The notes under the pieces: model-generated
Database searches by the model: none
What the model was told of the DNA's origin: nothing
The model's input: only the letters and a program-made list of their open reading frames with translations
Shown: positions 8,033 through 17,167 of the stretch, in pieces
How the letters are laid out: each line of letters starts with the position of its first letter
Numbering within the stretch: position 1 is the stretch's first letter
Position numbers and translations under genes: made by a program
Origin: Patescibacteria group bacterium UBA918
Lineage (GTDB): Bacteria > Patescibacteriota > Minisyncoccia > Phycocordibacterales > UBA918
Assembly: GCA_002293845.1 (NCBI GenBank)
Contig: DBEA01000013.1
Coordinates: 24,273-56,791 of the forward strand
DNA length: 32,519 bases
Direction: 5' to 3'

Positions 8033-8752
8033 TTAAAATTGATTAACGACACGAAGGTCACCGGTGTAAAAAAGCCTCACATCGTCGACACCGTATTTCA
8101 TCATAGCCAATCGATCCATGCCCATACCGAAGGCAAAACCTTGATAGACGTCAGGATCGACACCAGCGGCTCGAAGTACGTTGGGGTGAACCATACCGGC
8201 GCCCATGATCTCGATCCAACGGCCGCGCAGTTTTTCCGGGGCATCGTCGCCGGTGAGTCTCATGTCCACTTCCACGCCAGGCTCGACGAACGGGAAGAAC
8301 GACGGACGCAAGCGCACCTCGGTTTTACCACCGAAAAAGCGCGAGAAGAAATACTCCAGGGTGCCTTTGAGGTGACCCAGCGATACGTCTTTGTCCACCA
8401 TTAAACCCTCTAGTTGGTAAAATTGAGCCTCGTGCGTGGCATCGGTAGCTTCGTTACGAAAGACCTTACCTGGTACGATGATGCGGATCGGCGGCTCGTG
8501 AGATTCCATGTAGCGCACCTGGACCGGCGAGGTGTGGGTACGGAGCACGTGATCAGGCTTGTTTTCAATGTAAAAAGTATCCTGCATGTCGCGAGACGGA
8601 TGATCTTTCGGTACGTTCAAAAGATCGAAGTTGTAGCGGATCTCCTCCATTTCCGGACCTTCGGCGAAAACAAAACCGAGTTCTGAAAATATGGCGTTGA
8701 CCTCGGTCATTATCTGCGACAACGGATGTCTATGTCCTTTCTCTTTTTCCAT
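8033..8752 (-). CDS. pheS: Phenylalanine-tRNA ligase alpha subunit (catalytic core only)
   Basis: GHRHP, NFDLLNVPKDHPSRDMQDTF, LRTHTS, FPFVEPG, GFAFGMG.DR. Confidence 0.96.
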   Translation of the reverse strand: MEKEKGHRHPLSQIMTEVNAIFSELGFVFAEGPEMEEIRYNFDLLNVPKDHPSRDMQDTFYIENKPDHVLRTHTSPVQVRYMESHEPPIRIIVPGKVFRNEATDATHEAQFYQLEGLMVDKDVSLGHLKGTLEYFFSRFFGGKTEVRLRPSFFPFVEPGVEVDMRLTGDDAPEKLRGRWIEIMGAGMVHPNVLRAAGVDPDVYQGFAFGMGMDRLAMMKYGVDDVRLFYTGDLRVVNQF

Positions 8753-8757
8753 ACTGA

Positions 8758-9873
8758 TCAAAACCAACTCTGTTGTATCGATACTTGATAGAATACTTCC
8801 CCATCATATGCGTAAACAGCTCCATTAACAACTAAGGCCGACATATTTTTTCCTAACACGAGTGGTTGTCGATTCTGCCATGATCGGTCGTCGATCTCAG
8901 TGACATATATACCGTGCTTGCTGCCCAAGATGACCAGGTCGTCACTACCGGGGAAGAAGTCGAAGTACTCCACTTCCTCTCCCCCCTTGTCCATTTCGAT
9001 AGTAGGATCACAGGCGGTTTCATCGTTCAGGGTCTGGACCTGAAGCTCCGGAAACTCCTGATCGTCCAGCGAAAGTGCCACTGAGGCTCTATTGTCCGCT
9101 ATGCTAACGGTGCTGGTGGCCCCTGAGTAGCCAGGGAAAGCCTCGGCACAATAATAATACGGCATCGAATCCCTAGAACCTACATACGTTGCGAATATGC
9201 GTCCTTCTTCATCCTCATATAGACGCACGCCGCGGGACTCTTTGGTGGTAGTGGCGATCGTCGTCGTTGTCGAGGCTATGTTCTTAGAGGCGGCCGCCTT
9301 AGCGGATCCAGCCTGATTTTGTTGAAAGACGACCATTAGATCTTGGAACTCCTTATTTTCCTCCATGTCTGCGGCGCTGGCGCGTGGTTCGAATAAAACC
9401 TGATTCGTACTCGACGCGTTGGATAGCACGCTAGAGCTGGCGGTCAAGACGGCCACGCCAGCAGGAGTTTGCCAACGGGTGATAACCCGAACCTTAGGTA
9501 CATTAGGGAAATTAAATGCCTGGGCCTCGGTGACCAGATGGGCGTATACAGGCAATTCTTTGACCCAAGTGTGATGCCCGGTCTTTTGCACGCTCACTAG
9601 GTGGGTGCCGGCATTAAGCCCTTGAGCGTAAAATGCGCGTCGGAACACTCGTGTCTCGCGTACGAGCTCATCATCTATGTATATCTCGGCGCCCGTCCTC
9701 TCGGCGGCAATGTACAGGCCGCCCGTCGAAACTAAAGAGCCTCCGCCCCACTCGAACCGATATCCAGTGGCGTACAAGTAAAGAAACGGCAACGAAGATG
9801 CAAAAACGCCCATCAAAAGGTAAAAAAACCAGTAGCGGTGGCGATATGAAAGCGGTTTTACTTGGGGAGACAT
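8758..9873 (-). CDS. Membrane-anchored PEGA-like domain protein
   Basis: TM helix followed by YATGYR...TGGLYI...GAEIYID...L.AG.H.VSVQK.G...W.K. Confidence 0.75.
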   Translation of the reverse strand: MSPQVKPLSYRHRYWFFYLLMGVFASSLPFLYLYATGYRFEWGGGSLVSTGGLYIAAERTGAEIYIDDELVRETRVFRRAFYAQGLNAGTHLVSVQKTGHHTWVKELPVYAHLVTEAQAFNFPNVPKVRVITRWQTPAGVAVLTASSSVLSNASSTNQVLFEPRASAADMEENKEFQDLMVVFQQNQAGSAKAAASKNIASTTTTIATTTKESRGVRLYEDEEGRIFATYVGSRDSMPYYYCAEAFPGYSGATSTVSIADNRASVALSLDDQEFPELQVQTLNDETACDPTIEMDKGGEEVEYFDFFPGSDDLVILGSKHGIYVTEIDDRSWQNRQPLVLGKNMSALVVNGAVYAYDGEVFYQVSIQQSWF

Positions 9874-9874
9874 A

Positions 9875-9953
9875 TGATTAGCGTTTAGGGATTAGGGTGT
9901 CAGTGCGGTGACTCCGTCGCGCTGACTAATCCCTAAACCCTCAACCCTACACC
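9875..9953. repeat. Inverted heptamer-repeat hairpin
   Basis: Left TGATTAG-CGTTTAG-GGATTAG; right CTAATCC-CTAAACC-CTCAACC-CTACACC; 13-bp perfect stem 9883-9895/9926-9938. Confidence 0.75.
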
Positions 9954-11500
9954 CTGGTTTTCGGCGTGACCCAAAAGCCCATGTAGCGGCCGAACATCAA
10001 TCTGGTCTGGGCGTCGAGACCAGGTACTGCGCTGAACATTATCATCGTGATCGGCACCAGCATCCATTGGACCGCCATGACCACGTAGGCGAATCGCGAT
10101 CGCGATTTCGGTCTTTTAGGAGCCAAAGACAAGGATATTATAGATGATATCACGAGGCCGAACATGGCGAGGATGAGCAGATTTCTTACCACGATAGGTA
10201 AATTGTAGGATAGAACGGTCTCGTGGAATACGCGACCGCCCAAAAAGATCGGCGCCCAACCGAGAACGAACAGCATGATAGGGTTCGTCACAAGAGACCA
10301 ATAACCTTCGGCTTGTTGCAGGACGATCTTTACCCTTCTGCCGAAAGGGATGTTCTTGTTCTTAGTGAAGTGATAGACGATGTAGACGAAGTTCTCTACG
10401 CCATATGTCCAACGGCGATGTTGCTTATAGATGTTCTTGACCGTATCGAAGAGGTTTCGACCAACGTTCGCATCCATGGAGACAGGATACGAAAGCGGGA
10501 TAACATCATACTCCCCATTATTCGCCAACATAAGGTTCCAGTAGATGCGAGAGTCCTCACTGACCATGTTCTTCTGCCAATAATTCACTTCGCGCAATGC
10601 TTTAAACGGCACCGAATGGGACGAAAATGTAGCCATTCTTTCCGGCCGCTCCTGCTGGACCATCTCCCAAAATGTCGAAGACATGGCCACTACTCGAGAC
10701 AGTGCTCCAGCCTCCCAAAGATTGTTATTAAAAAGCGGCACCGGCTGGAAGGAGCTTTTCAGAGGGCGTTCGGCGGTGAGAAAGTGCCAAACTAGGCAGT
10801 TGAAATAATCCGGATAAACGACGGTATCTATGTCGAAAATAGACACGAGCACATTCTCGTACGCGAGATTTTTAGGATCCAGCAAGCGGATCCGTGCCTC
10901 TTCGGCCGCGAAGGCGGCATTAGAACCTTTACCCGGCATTTCACCCGGCAGGTTTCTCTTGTGCGTCGTCACCAGGACGTCTCCGAAACATTCGCGCCAT
11001 TTATCCTGCATCGCCTTGGCTCCCGCAGCGGCCTCATCTCCGCCAGCCTCCTCGCTCGCCAAAACGATCAAGATCTTCTTCTTATCATAATGAGAATTGC
11101 TCAGGGCCGTAAGAGAGGCATCGATAACGGCGACCGGCTCTTTATAAAAAGGCAGAATCACCAGATGGTGCAAGTGGTCGTACTCGAATCTTCCTATCAG
11201 CTCGGACCAGTCAAGCGACATATGATGACGAAGACGCTTCCAGTTGTGCCGTAAATGGTAGGACAAGAAGGCGGTCTTTAGGACCCAGTATATGGAAAAA
11301 GCGATGATGAAGTACGCCGCTAGAAAAGGCTTATAGACGGAAAGCAACACTACCCCGACCAAAGTCGCCCACGATGCCAGGCCCGGGACCATCTCCAGGA
11401 ATCGATAAAGTCCGCGATCGCGCCCCTTAAGCTCGGTGGCCCTACCGACGTGAAAGTCGTCCCTCCGAGCATACGGGAGTAAGTATGATTTCTCCTCCAT
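9947..11500 (-). CDS. Multi-pass membrane glycosyltransferase family 2
   Basis: ILPFYKE, GKGSN, DID (DxD), SEDS and Q(H)RRW processive-GT2 motifs; TM helices at both ends. Confidence 0.88.
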   Translation of the reverse strand: MEEKSYLLPYARRDDFHVGRATELKGRDRGLYRFLEMVPGLASWATLVGVVLLSVYKPFLAAYFIIAFSIYWVLKTAFLSYHLRHNWKRLRHHMSLDWSELIGRFEYDHLHHLVILPFYKEPVAVIDASLTALSNSHYDKKKILIVLASEEAGGDEAAAGAKAMQDKWRECFGDVLVTTHKRNLPGEMPGKGSNAAFAAEEARIRLLDPKNLAYENVLVSIFDIDTVVYPDYFNCLVWHFLTAERPLKSSFQPVPLFNNNLWEAGALSRVVAMSSTFWEMVQQERPERMATFSSHSVPFKALREVNYWQKNMVSEDSRIYWNLMLANNGEYDVIPLSYPVSMDANVGRNLFDTVKNIYKQHRRWTYGVENFVYIVYHFTKNKNIPFGRRVKIVLQQAEGYWSLVTNPIMLFVLGWAPIFLGGRVFHETVLSYNLPIVVRNLLILAMFGLVISSIISLSLAPKRPKSRSRFAYVVMAVQWMLVPITMIMFSAVPGLDAQTRLMFGRYMGFWVTPKTRV

Positions 11501-11568
11501 TGCGCCCCAGTATAGCCGATTGACCGGTTTTTTCCAGTGTGGCCGAATCACTGTGTCCTTCGGGATCT

Positions 11569-11645
11569 TGGAGCCACCTCTCGGGATCGAACCGAGGACC
11601 TGCGGATTACAAAGCCGCTGCTCTAGCCAGCTGAGCTAAGGTGGC
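11569..11645 (-). tRNA. tRNA-Thr (UGU)
   Basis: GCCACCTTAGCTCAGCTGGCTAGAGCAGCGGCTT-TGT-AATCCGCAGGTCCTCGGTTCGATCCCGAGAGGTGGCTCCA folds into a cloverleaf with encoded CCA. Confidence 0.95.
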
Positions 11646-11693
11646 GTATTAAAGAACCGTCATGTCCGTCCGTACGGACCAAAATCGACCAAA

Positions 11694-12083
11694 TCACTCG
11701 CCTCCACTTTGATCTCCGGTCGCTTTATGTCTCACCAAGCGCGAAAGATGGGTTTCTTCATTCTTCGCGCGGATCACCTTAGCGACCACTTTATTCTTGA
11801 TCTTCAGTCGATGTAATCTAGCTTCGACGAGACCGACCACCAACAACACGATACTCAGGATCTGGTGGAGAACATAGTGTAACAGAAGACGCAGCGAAGA
11901 TGTACCGAGAAATCTTTTGATCCTTAAAAACAAGTTCGAATCGCTTTCCAAATAACGGTCTAGACGCAAGCGCGTATCCCGAAAGATCAGACGTCGCCCT
12001 CCGACCGCTTCGGTCCTGAACAGCAGCACGGATCCCAGAAGAGTCATTCCGCTGCCGAGCATGATGTAGATCACTATGGACAT
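11694..12083 (-). CDS. Hypothetical membrane protein
   Basis: N-terminal hydrophobic helix and basic C-terminus; TGC-TACACT 9 nt upstream of ATG 12083. Confidence 0.65.
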   Translation of the reverse strand: MSIVIYIMLGSGMTLLGSVLLFRTEAVGGRRLIFRDTRLRLDRYLESDSNLFLRIKRFLGTSSLRLLLHYVLHQILSIVLLVVGLVEARLHRLKIKNKVVAKVIRAKNEETHLSRLVRHKATGDQSGGE

Positions 12084-12098
12084 GTCGCTGACAGTGTA

Positions 12099-12131
12099 GC
12101 ACAAAAGAGAGCCCCTGGCTCTTTTTTGTGC
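12099..12131 (-). terminator. Intrinsic terminator after tsf
   Basis: Minus strand AAAAAAGAGCC-AGG-GGCTCTCTTTT directly after the stop codon. Confidence 0.75.
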
Positions 12132-12715
12132 TATTTGACAGAAAGTCTCTTGAAATCTACGATCGATACCTTTTCACCGAATTTCTGGACCGCACCATTT
12201 ACCATCTCACCGATGGTGACCTCTGGATTCTTAATGAACGGCTGTTCCATAAGAATCTGTTCCTTAAAGTAAGCATTGAGCTTACCTTCTAAGATCTTTT
12301 CCTGCATATCCGCAGGTTTGTCTTTTATATCTTCCTTGAACACTTCCTTGGCTTTGGTAATAGCCTCCTCGTTCACCTGCTCTCGAGAGACGTACTTTGG
12401 ATCCTGAGCGGCAACATGCATGGCGATCTCTCGCGCCAAGGCGACGAACTCCTCATTCTTGGACACGAAATCGGTCTCAGATGCCAACAAAACCATGGCG
12501 GCCACCTCTCCGGTGTTGTGAGTGTAAACACCTACGGCTCCAGCACCGAGAATACGATCAGACTTTTTCTCGGCGGCTTCCTTTCGCTTCTGCTTCAATA
12601 TGATGAGAGCCTTCTCCATGTCACCGCCGGCCTCCTCTAAAGCCTTTTTGCATTGCATCACCGAAATACCGGTCTGGTCTCTCAATGCCTTGATGGCGGC
12701 GGAAGTGATTTCCAT
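12131..12715 (-). CDS. tsf: Elongation factor Ts (short form)
   Basis: IKALRDQTG...CKKALEE..GD, SETDFVS, IAMHVAA..P, LMEQPFIK. Confidence 0.96.
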   Translation of the reverse strand: MEITSAAIKALRDQTGISVMQCKKALEEAGGDMEKALIILKQKRKEAAEKKSDRILGAGAVGVYTHNTGEVAAMVLLASETDFVSKNEEFVALAREIAMHVAAQDPKYVSREQVNEEAITKAKEVFKEDIKDKPADMQEKILEGKLNAYFKEQILMEQPFIKNPEVTIGEMVNGAVQKFGEKVSIVDFKRLSVK

Positions 12716-12775
12716 AATTACGAAAAACTTAAATGTTTAACCTACTTAGTGACCTTTGACACAAGCGCACGCAAC

Positions 12776-13522
12776 TTACTTAACCAGACGGCGGCGGGTC
12801 GAGTCTGTGGCGACCGGCTTGAAGGACTTCTTTCCCTCTTCATAAGCGGAAGCTAGTTCTTCCAGGGCGAGCGAGAGGCTAGAGCGGAGCGTGTCGTTCA
12901 CTACCACTGGGTAGTCGACGTCTCTGATATTGTTGTCAGAACTCATTATACCGATGACAGGTATGTTCTTCTCCTTAGCCTCGGCTATCGCCAGCTTTTC
13001 ATAGCGGGGGTCGACAACGACCAACATATCAGGGATACGCTCTAGAACTCGGATGCCGCCGAAGTTGTGAGTAAGCTTGTCGAGCTCACGAGAAATGACC
13101 ACGCGCTCCTTTTTGGTGTACTTGCGCTCGAGTTCGCCCGATTCGCCTTGAGCGATCAGTTCGAAAAGACGATTGATGCGCTTACGGACTTCACCCCAGT
13201 TAGTGATCATGCCACCTACCCAGCGGTTAGTCACGAAGGGGGCATCGACTCGGTCGGCGGTCTCACGCACCAGTTTGGACGCTTCTTCTTTAGTGCCGAC
13301 AAAAACCACGATCTTGCCTTCGCTAGCAAACTTTTGGATCGCCGCCTTGGCCGCAATTATCAGGTCGGCCGAGCGTTCGAGGTCGAAGATGTCGTTGCCG
13401 GCCTTGTTGCCGAACAAGTAGGACTTCATGGATGGATGGCGGCGGCTTTTCTTGAAGCCAAAATGCGACCCGGCCTTTAATAGGCGGTCGACGAGGACGG
13501 AATTACTGGAATTGCTTGACAT
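12776..13522 (-). CDS. rpsB: 30S ribosomal protein S2
   Basis: LLKAGSHFG, FVGTK, RWVGGMITN; canonical rpsB-tsf order. Confidence 0.96.
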   Translation of the reverse strand: MSSNSSNSVLVDRLLKAGSHFGFKKSRRHPSMKSYLFGNKAGNDIFDLERSADLIIAAKAAIQKFASEGKIVVFVGTKEEASKLVRETADRVDAPFVTNRWVGGMITNWGEVRKRINRLFELIAQGESGELERKYTKKERVVISRELDKLTHNFGGIRVLERIPDMLVVVDPRYEKLAIAEAKEKNIPVIGIMSSDNNIRDVDYPVVVNDTLRSSLSLALEELASAYEEGKKSFKPVATDSTRRRLVK

Positions 13523-13548
13523 AAAGTGTCGAGATACTAACACATCCT

Positions 13549-14532
13549 TTAGTCGTTCGCAACTACACCACCTTGGCTAGCTCGGCGCATGGCTTCGAAG
13601 ATCGGTTCCAATCTGCCAGCCATTATTTCCTCGATATTATGCCAAGATTCCTTGATACGATGATCGGTCACTCGGCTCTGCGGAAAGTTATAGGTGCGGA
13701 TCTTCTCGCTGCGATCGCCGGTTCCGATCTGGTTCTTCCGAGTTTCCGCGTGCTTCTTGGCTTCCTCCTCCTCGTGCATCATTTCGAGTTTAGCCACCAA
13801 AAGGGCCATCGCTTTCTCGCGATTTTTGAGCTGACTGCGCTCCGCTTGACTCCTAACGTCTATGCCTGTGGGCTTGTGTATCAAACGAACAGCCGTTTCC
13901 ACCTTGTTCACGTTTTGACCACCAGCTCCACCAGCTCGTGAGTATTCCATTTCGATATCGGACGGGTTTATCTCGATCGTCGCCTTGCGGCGCAGAGGCA
14001 AGACGGCCACCGAACAGGTCGAGGTATGTATGCGTCCGGCTTTTTCCGTGACCGGAACTCGCTGGACACGATGCACCCCTGTCTCGAAACGGAAAGTGTC
14101 ATAGGCATCCGGGTGTAGTATTTCGAAGGCGGCTTCCTTGTAGCCCCCGGAGCTTGCTCGGGATTCATTGGCGACGTAAGACGGCCAACCTTGGGTCTCG
14201 GCGTAACGTCTATAAGCATTGGCTAGCTCTTCGGCAAACAGCGCCGCCTCGTCCCCACCGGCACCCGCTCGCACTTCGAGCACCAAACCGTAGGGTTTTT
14301 CATCCTCTTCCTTGGAGGCTTCAATGATACGCTCCATTTCGACCAACTGATCCGTGAGCGATTTCTTTAAGTCCGATATCTCCTCCGATGCCAACGCCGC
14401 CATATCGGGATCGGCCGAAGCTAAGGCTTCGGCTTCATGTAGTCTAGCGAGGTATGTGTCGAATTGGCTGGCTAAAAATTGGATCTTTGGGTGCCCCCGA
14501 AACTTATTTAGTTTTTCTTGATCGAATTGCAT
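13549..14532 (-). CDS. prfA: Peptide chain release factor 1
   Basis: [23 protein letters not shown] (PxT motif of RF1), [13 protein letters not shown]. Confidence 0.93.
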   Translation of the reverse strand: MQFDQEKLNKFRGHPKIQFLASQFDTYLARLHEAEALASADPDMAALASEEISDLKKSLTDQLVEMERIIEASKEEDEKPYGLVLEVRAGAGGDEAALFAEELANAYRRYAETQGWPSYVANESRASSGGYKEAAFEILHPDAYDTFRFETGVHRVQRVPVTEKAGRIHTSTCSVAVLPLRRKATIEINPSDIEMEYSRAGGAGGQNVNKVETAVRLIHKPTGIDVRSQAERSQLKNREKAMALLVAKLEMMHEEEEAKKHAETRKNQIGTGDRSEKIRTYNFPQSRVTDHRIKESWHNIEEIMAGRLEPIFEAMRRASQGGVVAND

Positions 14533-14567
14533 TTGTCGCTTCTAGCTTATAGCTTGAGGTCCATAGT

Positions 14568-14600
14568 AGCAAGGGCCGATGCTTCGCATCGGCCCTTGCT
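14568..14600. repeat. 15-bp perfect inverted repeat between rpmE2 and prfA
   Basis: AGCAAGGGCCGATGC-TTC-GCATCGGCCCTTGCT; no U-tract on either side. Confidence 0.7.
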
Positions 14601-14621
14601 GGCATCTCGTTTTACGAATGG

Positions 14622-14888
14622 CTACTTCTTCTTTCCGGCCTTAGCGGCGCGAGCCTTGAACTTCTCCAAACGACCGGCGGTATCCATGACCTTCTCCTGA
14701 CCGGTATAAAAAGGGTGAGAGGCGGAAGACACGTCCACACGCACCACCGGATATTCCTTGCCATCGGTCCACTTTTCGGTCTCATTACCCTCGATCTCCA
14801 AAGTGGAGCCGACCAAAAAGCGCTCGTCGTTGGAGTTGTCCTTGAATATCACCAAACGGTAATTGGCGGGATGAATATCTTGCTTCAT
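14622..14888 (-). CDS. rpmE2: 50S ribosomal protein L31 type B
   Basis: MKQDIHP.NYR.V.F.D...DVSSASHPFYTG...DTAGRLEKF; no Cys, consistent with the Zn-free type. Confidence 0.95.
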   Translation of the reverse strand: MKQDIHPANYRLVIFKDNSNDERFLVGSTLEIEGNETEKWTDGKEYPVVRVDVSSASHPFYTGQEKVMDTAGRLEKFKARAAKAGKKK

Positions 14889-14899
14889 AAGTGCCGGGC

Positions 14900-14928
14900 A
14901 CTATAACAAATAAACCGAAGTTCGGCAA
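14900..14928 (-). promoter_or_regulatory. Promoter of rpmE2
   Basis: TTGCCG-N17-TATAGT with TGn extension, 11 nt before the ATG. Confidence 0.6.
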
Positions 14929-14932
14929 GTGA

Positions 14933-16327
14933 CTACCCGGCATCCAGCGTGCGGATCTCCGCGTCGAGTCTGGCCTTGCGTTGCATCACTTGATCGCCAT
15001 AAAAATGATTGCGGGGATTACTGACGCCGTTCCAGCCGGAATAATAGCGGATGGCAGCGGTCCATTCCGCATTGTAACTGCCCGCAACCGCGCCATTGTC
15101 ACGCATCAAAAGTGCTGTGGCCAAGAAAGCGTCTTGATTGCGAAACGGACTGGAGGGCACATCGTTGCCCAAAAGCTGTCTGATCGAATCCTGGGAGGCC
15201 ACGTAAGTGTACTTGTCGTTACCATCGTTGACATAACCCCCGTACAAGGCCCAAGTCGAGGGTATGAACTGTGAAGGGCCCATAGCTCCACCCCAACCAT
15301 AAGACAGCGGACAAGACACCTTTTGCGTCTTAATGTCGAAACCGAGGATTTCGGACATGACTTTGAAAACCGGTACGCTACCTGGACCCATAGCCGCCCT
15401 TCCGTTCGACACCTGGTCGTAGGTGCATTGTCCGATGTTAGCGCCGTACTCTGATTCTTGTTCGAGGATGGCTAAAATGAAAGACGCCGACACCCCGGTT
15501 TTCGATGAAGCAAATTTGGCCAGGGAAACCGCTTCGGTGAACGGAATGCGACCGCCACCGCCGGCCAAATTGAACAGTGCCGCTCGGAGCTGAGCCGCGG
15601 TTCTTTGTGATTGCGCTAAATGTTCTTGATACACTGCCTCCTGTCCTTTGGTCACTTCTAGTATTTGACTCTTTTCAGACTCCTTGGCTTCGATGTTCGC
15701 CTTCTCCGCCTCTTGAAGTTGTTTTTGACGTGCTTCTTCGTCCTGCTTCTCTTCCAAAGAGCGCTTTTGATCTAAAGTATCGGCCCTAATCTCGGCCAAG
15801 ACCAAGAGCGACTCGCGCAAAGAATCGTTGATCGTACGATAGTCCTCGAAGTCGGCGAAGAATTCCGTAAAATTACGATTTGCCAACACCAGTTCCACCA
15901 ACGAATTATCATCGATCTGTTGGGTCTTCCTTAAGAGATCGCCGATATACTGCTTTTGGCGGTCCGATCTCTCGTCTAGGACGCTCACGACCTTTGCCTT
16001 ATCGCCGATCTGATCGTTAAGTTCCCTGATAGCGATCGACCTAGCCTGAATGCCAAGCTGGGACTTCTTGATCTCCGCTTCGAGCAGTCCGATGTCGCGT
16101 TCCAGAGACTGTCTCTCAGCCTGTTTCTGTTCCACCAGCCGCTGCTGCGCGAGTATCTGTTGGTCAATTTGTGAGAGGAGCGCCTTACACTCGCTTTTGA
16201 CCGCCTCGCTCGCGGTAGCGCCGCTGATCTTCGAGCACTCATCGACGGTCATTGCGGCCGATACGGATAGAGGCACTAACAAATAGGCCGTTACTCCAAA
16301 AACAGCGATCCTGTTCGAGAATCTCAT
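14933..16327 (-). CDS. Secreted coiled-coil protein with C-terminal lytic transglycosylase (SLT/MltB-like) domain
   Basis: Signal peptide, long CwlO/PcsB-like coiled coil, ILEQES (putative catalytic Glu), GAMGPSQFIPSTW. Confidence 0.85.
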   Translation of the reverse strand: MRFSNRIAVFGVTAYLLVPLSVSAAMTVDECSKISGATASEAVKSECKALLSQIDQQILAQQRLVEQKQAERQSLERDIGLLEAEIKKSQLGIQARSIAIRELNDQIGDKAKVVSVLDERSDRQKQYIGDLLRKTQQIDDNSLVELVLANRNFTEFFADFEDYRTINDSLRESLLVLAEIRADTLDQKRSLEEKQDEEARQKQLQEAEKANIEAKESEKSQILEVTKGQEAVYQEHLAQSQRTAAQLRAALFNLAGGGGRIPFTEAVSLAKFASSKTGVSASFILAILEQESEYGANIGQCTYDQVSNGRAAMGPGSVPVFKVMSEILGFDIKTQKVSCPLSYGWGGAMGPSQFIPSTWALYGGYVNDGNDKYTYVASQDSIRQLLGNDVPSSPFRNQDAFLATALLMRDNGAVAGSYNAEWTAAIRYYSGWNGVSNPRNHFYGDQVMQRKARLDAEIRTLDAG

Positions 16328-16341
16328 TGATATGATTCTAG

Positions 16342-16383
16342 CACAATAAAACAGCGCGGCCCTGGCCGCGCTGTTTTATTGTG
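16342..16383. terminator. Intrinsic terminator after rplY
   Basis: CACAATAAAACAGCGCGGCC-CT-GGCCGCGCTGTTTTATTGTG, 20-bp perfect arms. Confidence 0.85.
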
Positions 16384-17022
16384 TTATTCGGCAACTTCGC
16401 CTTCGGTTTTCTCTTTGCCTTTCTGCTCGACTTCGATGGCGGACATATCGATAGCTACCGGCTCGACGGGCTCTTCCTTGGCCTCGGTCACCACAGCTAC
16501 GGTCTCCTCAGGGTCGTTTTCTACCTTAACACCGGCAGGTACATCCAAATCCTTGACTCGGATATGGTCGTCGAAAGTAGCCAAAGAACTGACGTCGACG
16601 ACGATCTCGTGCGGTAATGCGCTTGGCTTACAAGTGACTTCGATCTCGTGCAAGGCTTTGGTCAAAGATCCTCCAAGTTTGATCGCGGGCGCTTCTCCGA
16701 CGAACTCTAGTGGAATATTCACCGTCACCTCCTTACCCTTTTCGATCGCATAAAAATCCACGTGTTGAACTAGGCCTTTTACTGGATCATAGGCCACATC
16801 TTGTACCAGCACCTCGGCGTCCTCGCCTATTCCTGAAAGTACGAGCACGCTGGATTCGCCAGCCTCGCGAAAGACCTTCTCGAACTCCTTAGCGTTAAGA
16901 GAAATACTCATCGCCTCATGCTTGGGTCCGTAGACCACGGCCGGCAAAACACCGGATCCACGCAACTTATCTAGCTTTTTACCGGTCTCTTCGCGCTTGG
17001 CGACATTTAATGTGATGGTCAT
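16384..17022 (-). CDS. rplY: 50S ribosomal protein L25 (Ctc/TL5 long form)
   Basis: LR..G.LPAVVYG, VLVQDV..DP....HVDFY, IPLEFVGE.P..K.GG. Confidence 0.95.
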   Translation of the reverse strand: MTITLNVAKREETGKKLDKLRGSGVLPAVVYGPKHEAMSISLNAKEFEKVFREAGESSVLVLSGIGEDAEVLVQDVAYDPVKGLVQHVDFYAIEKGKEVTVNIPLEFVGEAPAIKLGGSLTKALHEIEVTCKPSALPHEIVVDVSSLATFDDHIRVKDLDVPAGVKVENDPEETVAVVTEAKEEPVEPVAIDMSAIEVEQKGKEKTEGEVAE

Positions 17023-17091
17023 GATGCGGCCATTCTAACACGTTTTCTAGTGTTTTCAAGTCCTTTCGGGCATAGATAGGCAATGCTCTTA

Positions 17092-17124
17092 TGTGGATTA
17101 TGATCGCCAACGTTTTTATCCACA
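17092..17124. promoter_or_regulatory. Inverted pair of DnaA boxes
   Basis: TGTGGATTA (17092-17100, 1 mismatch) and TTATCCACA (17116-17124, perfect) in the divergent rplY/pfkB intergenic region. Confidence 0.55.
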
Positions 17125-17167
17125 CACAGAGAACGGCTCGCTGACACTACACACGTACACTGTACAC

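Noticed and set aside
11501-11568. Possible integration site at the tRNA-Thr 3' end
   Set aside because: No duplicated tRNA 3' segment or integrase seen in the window.
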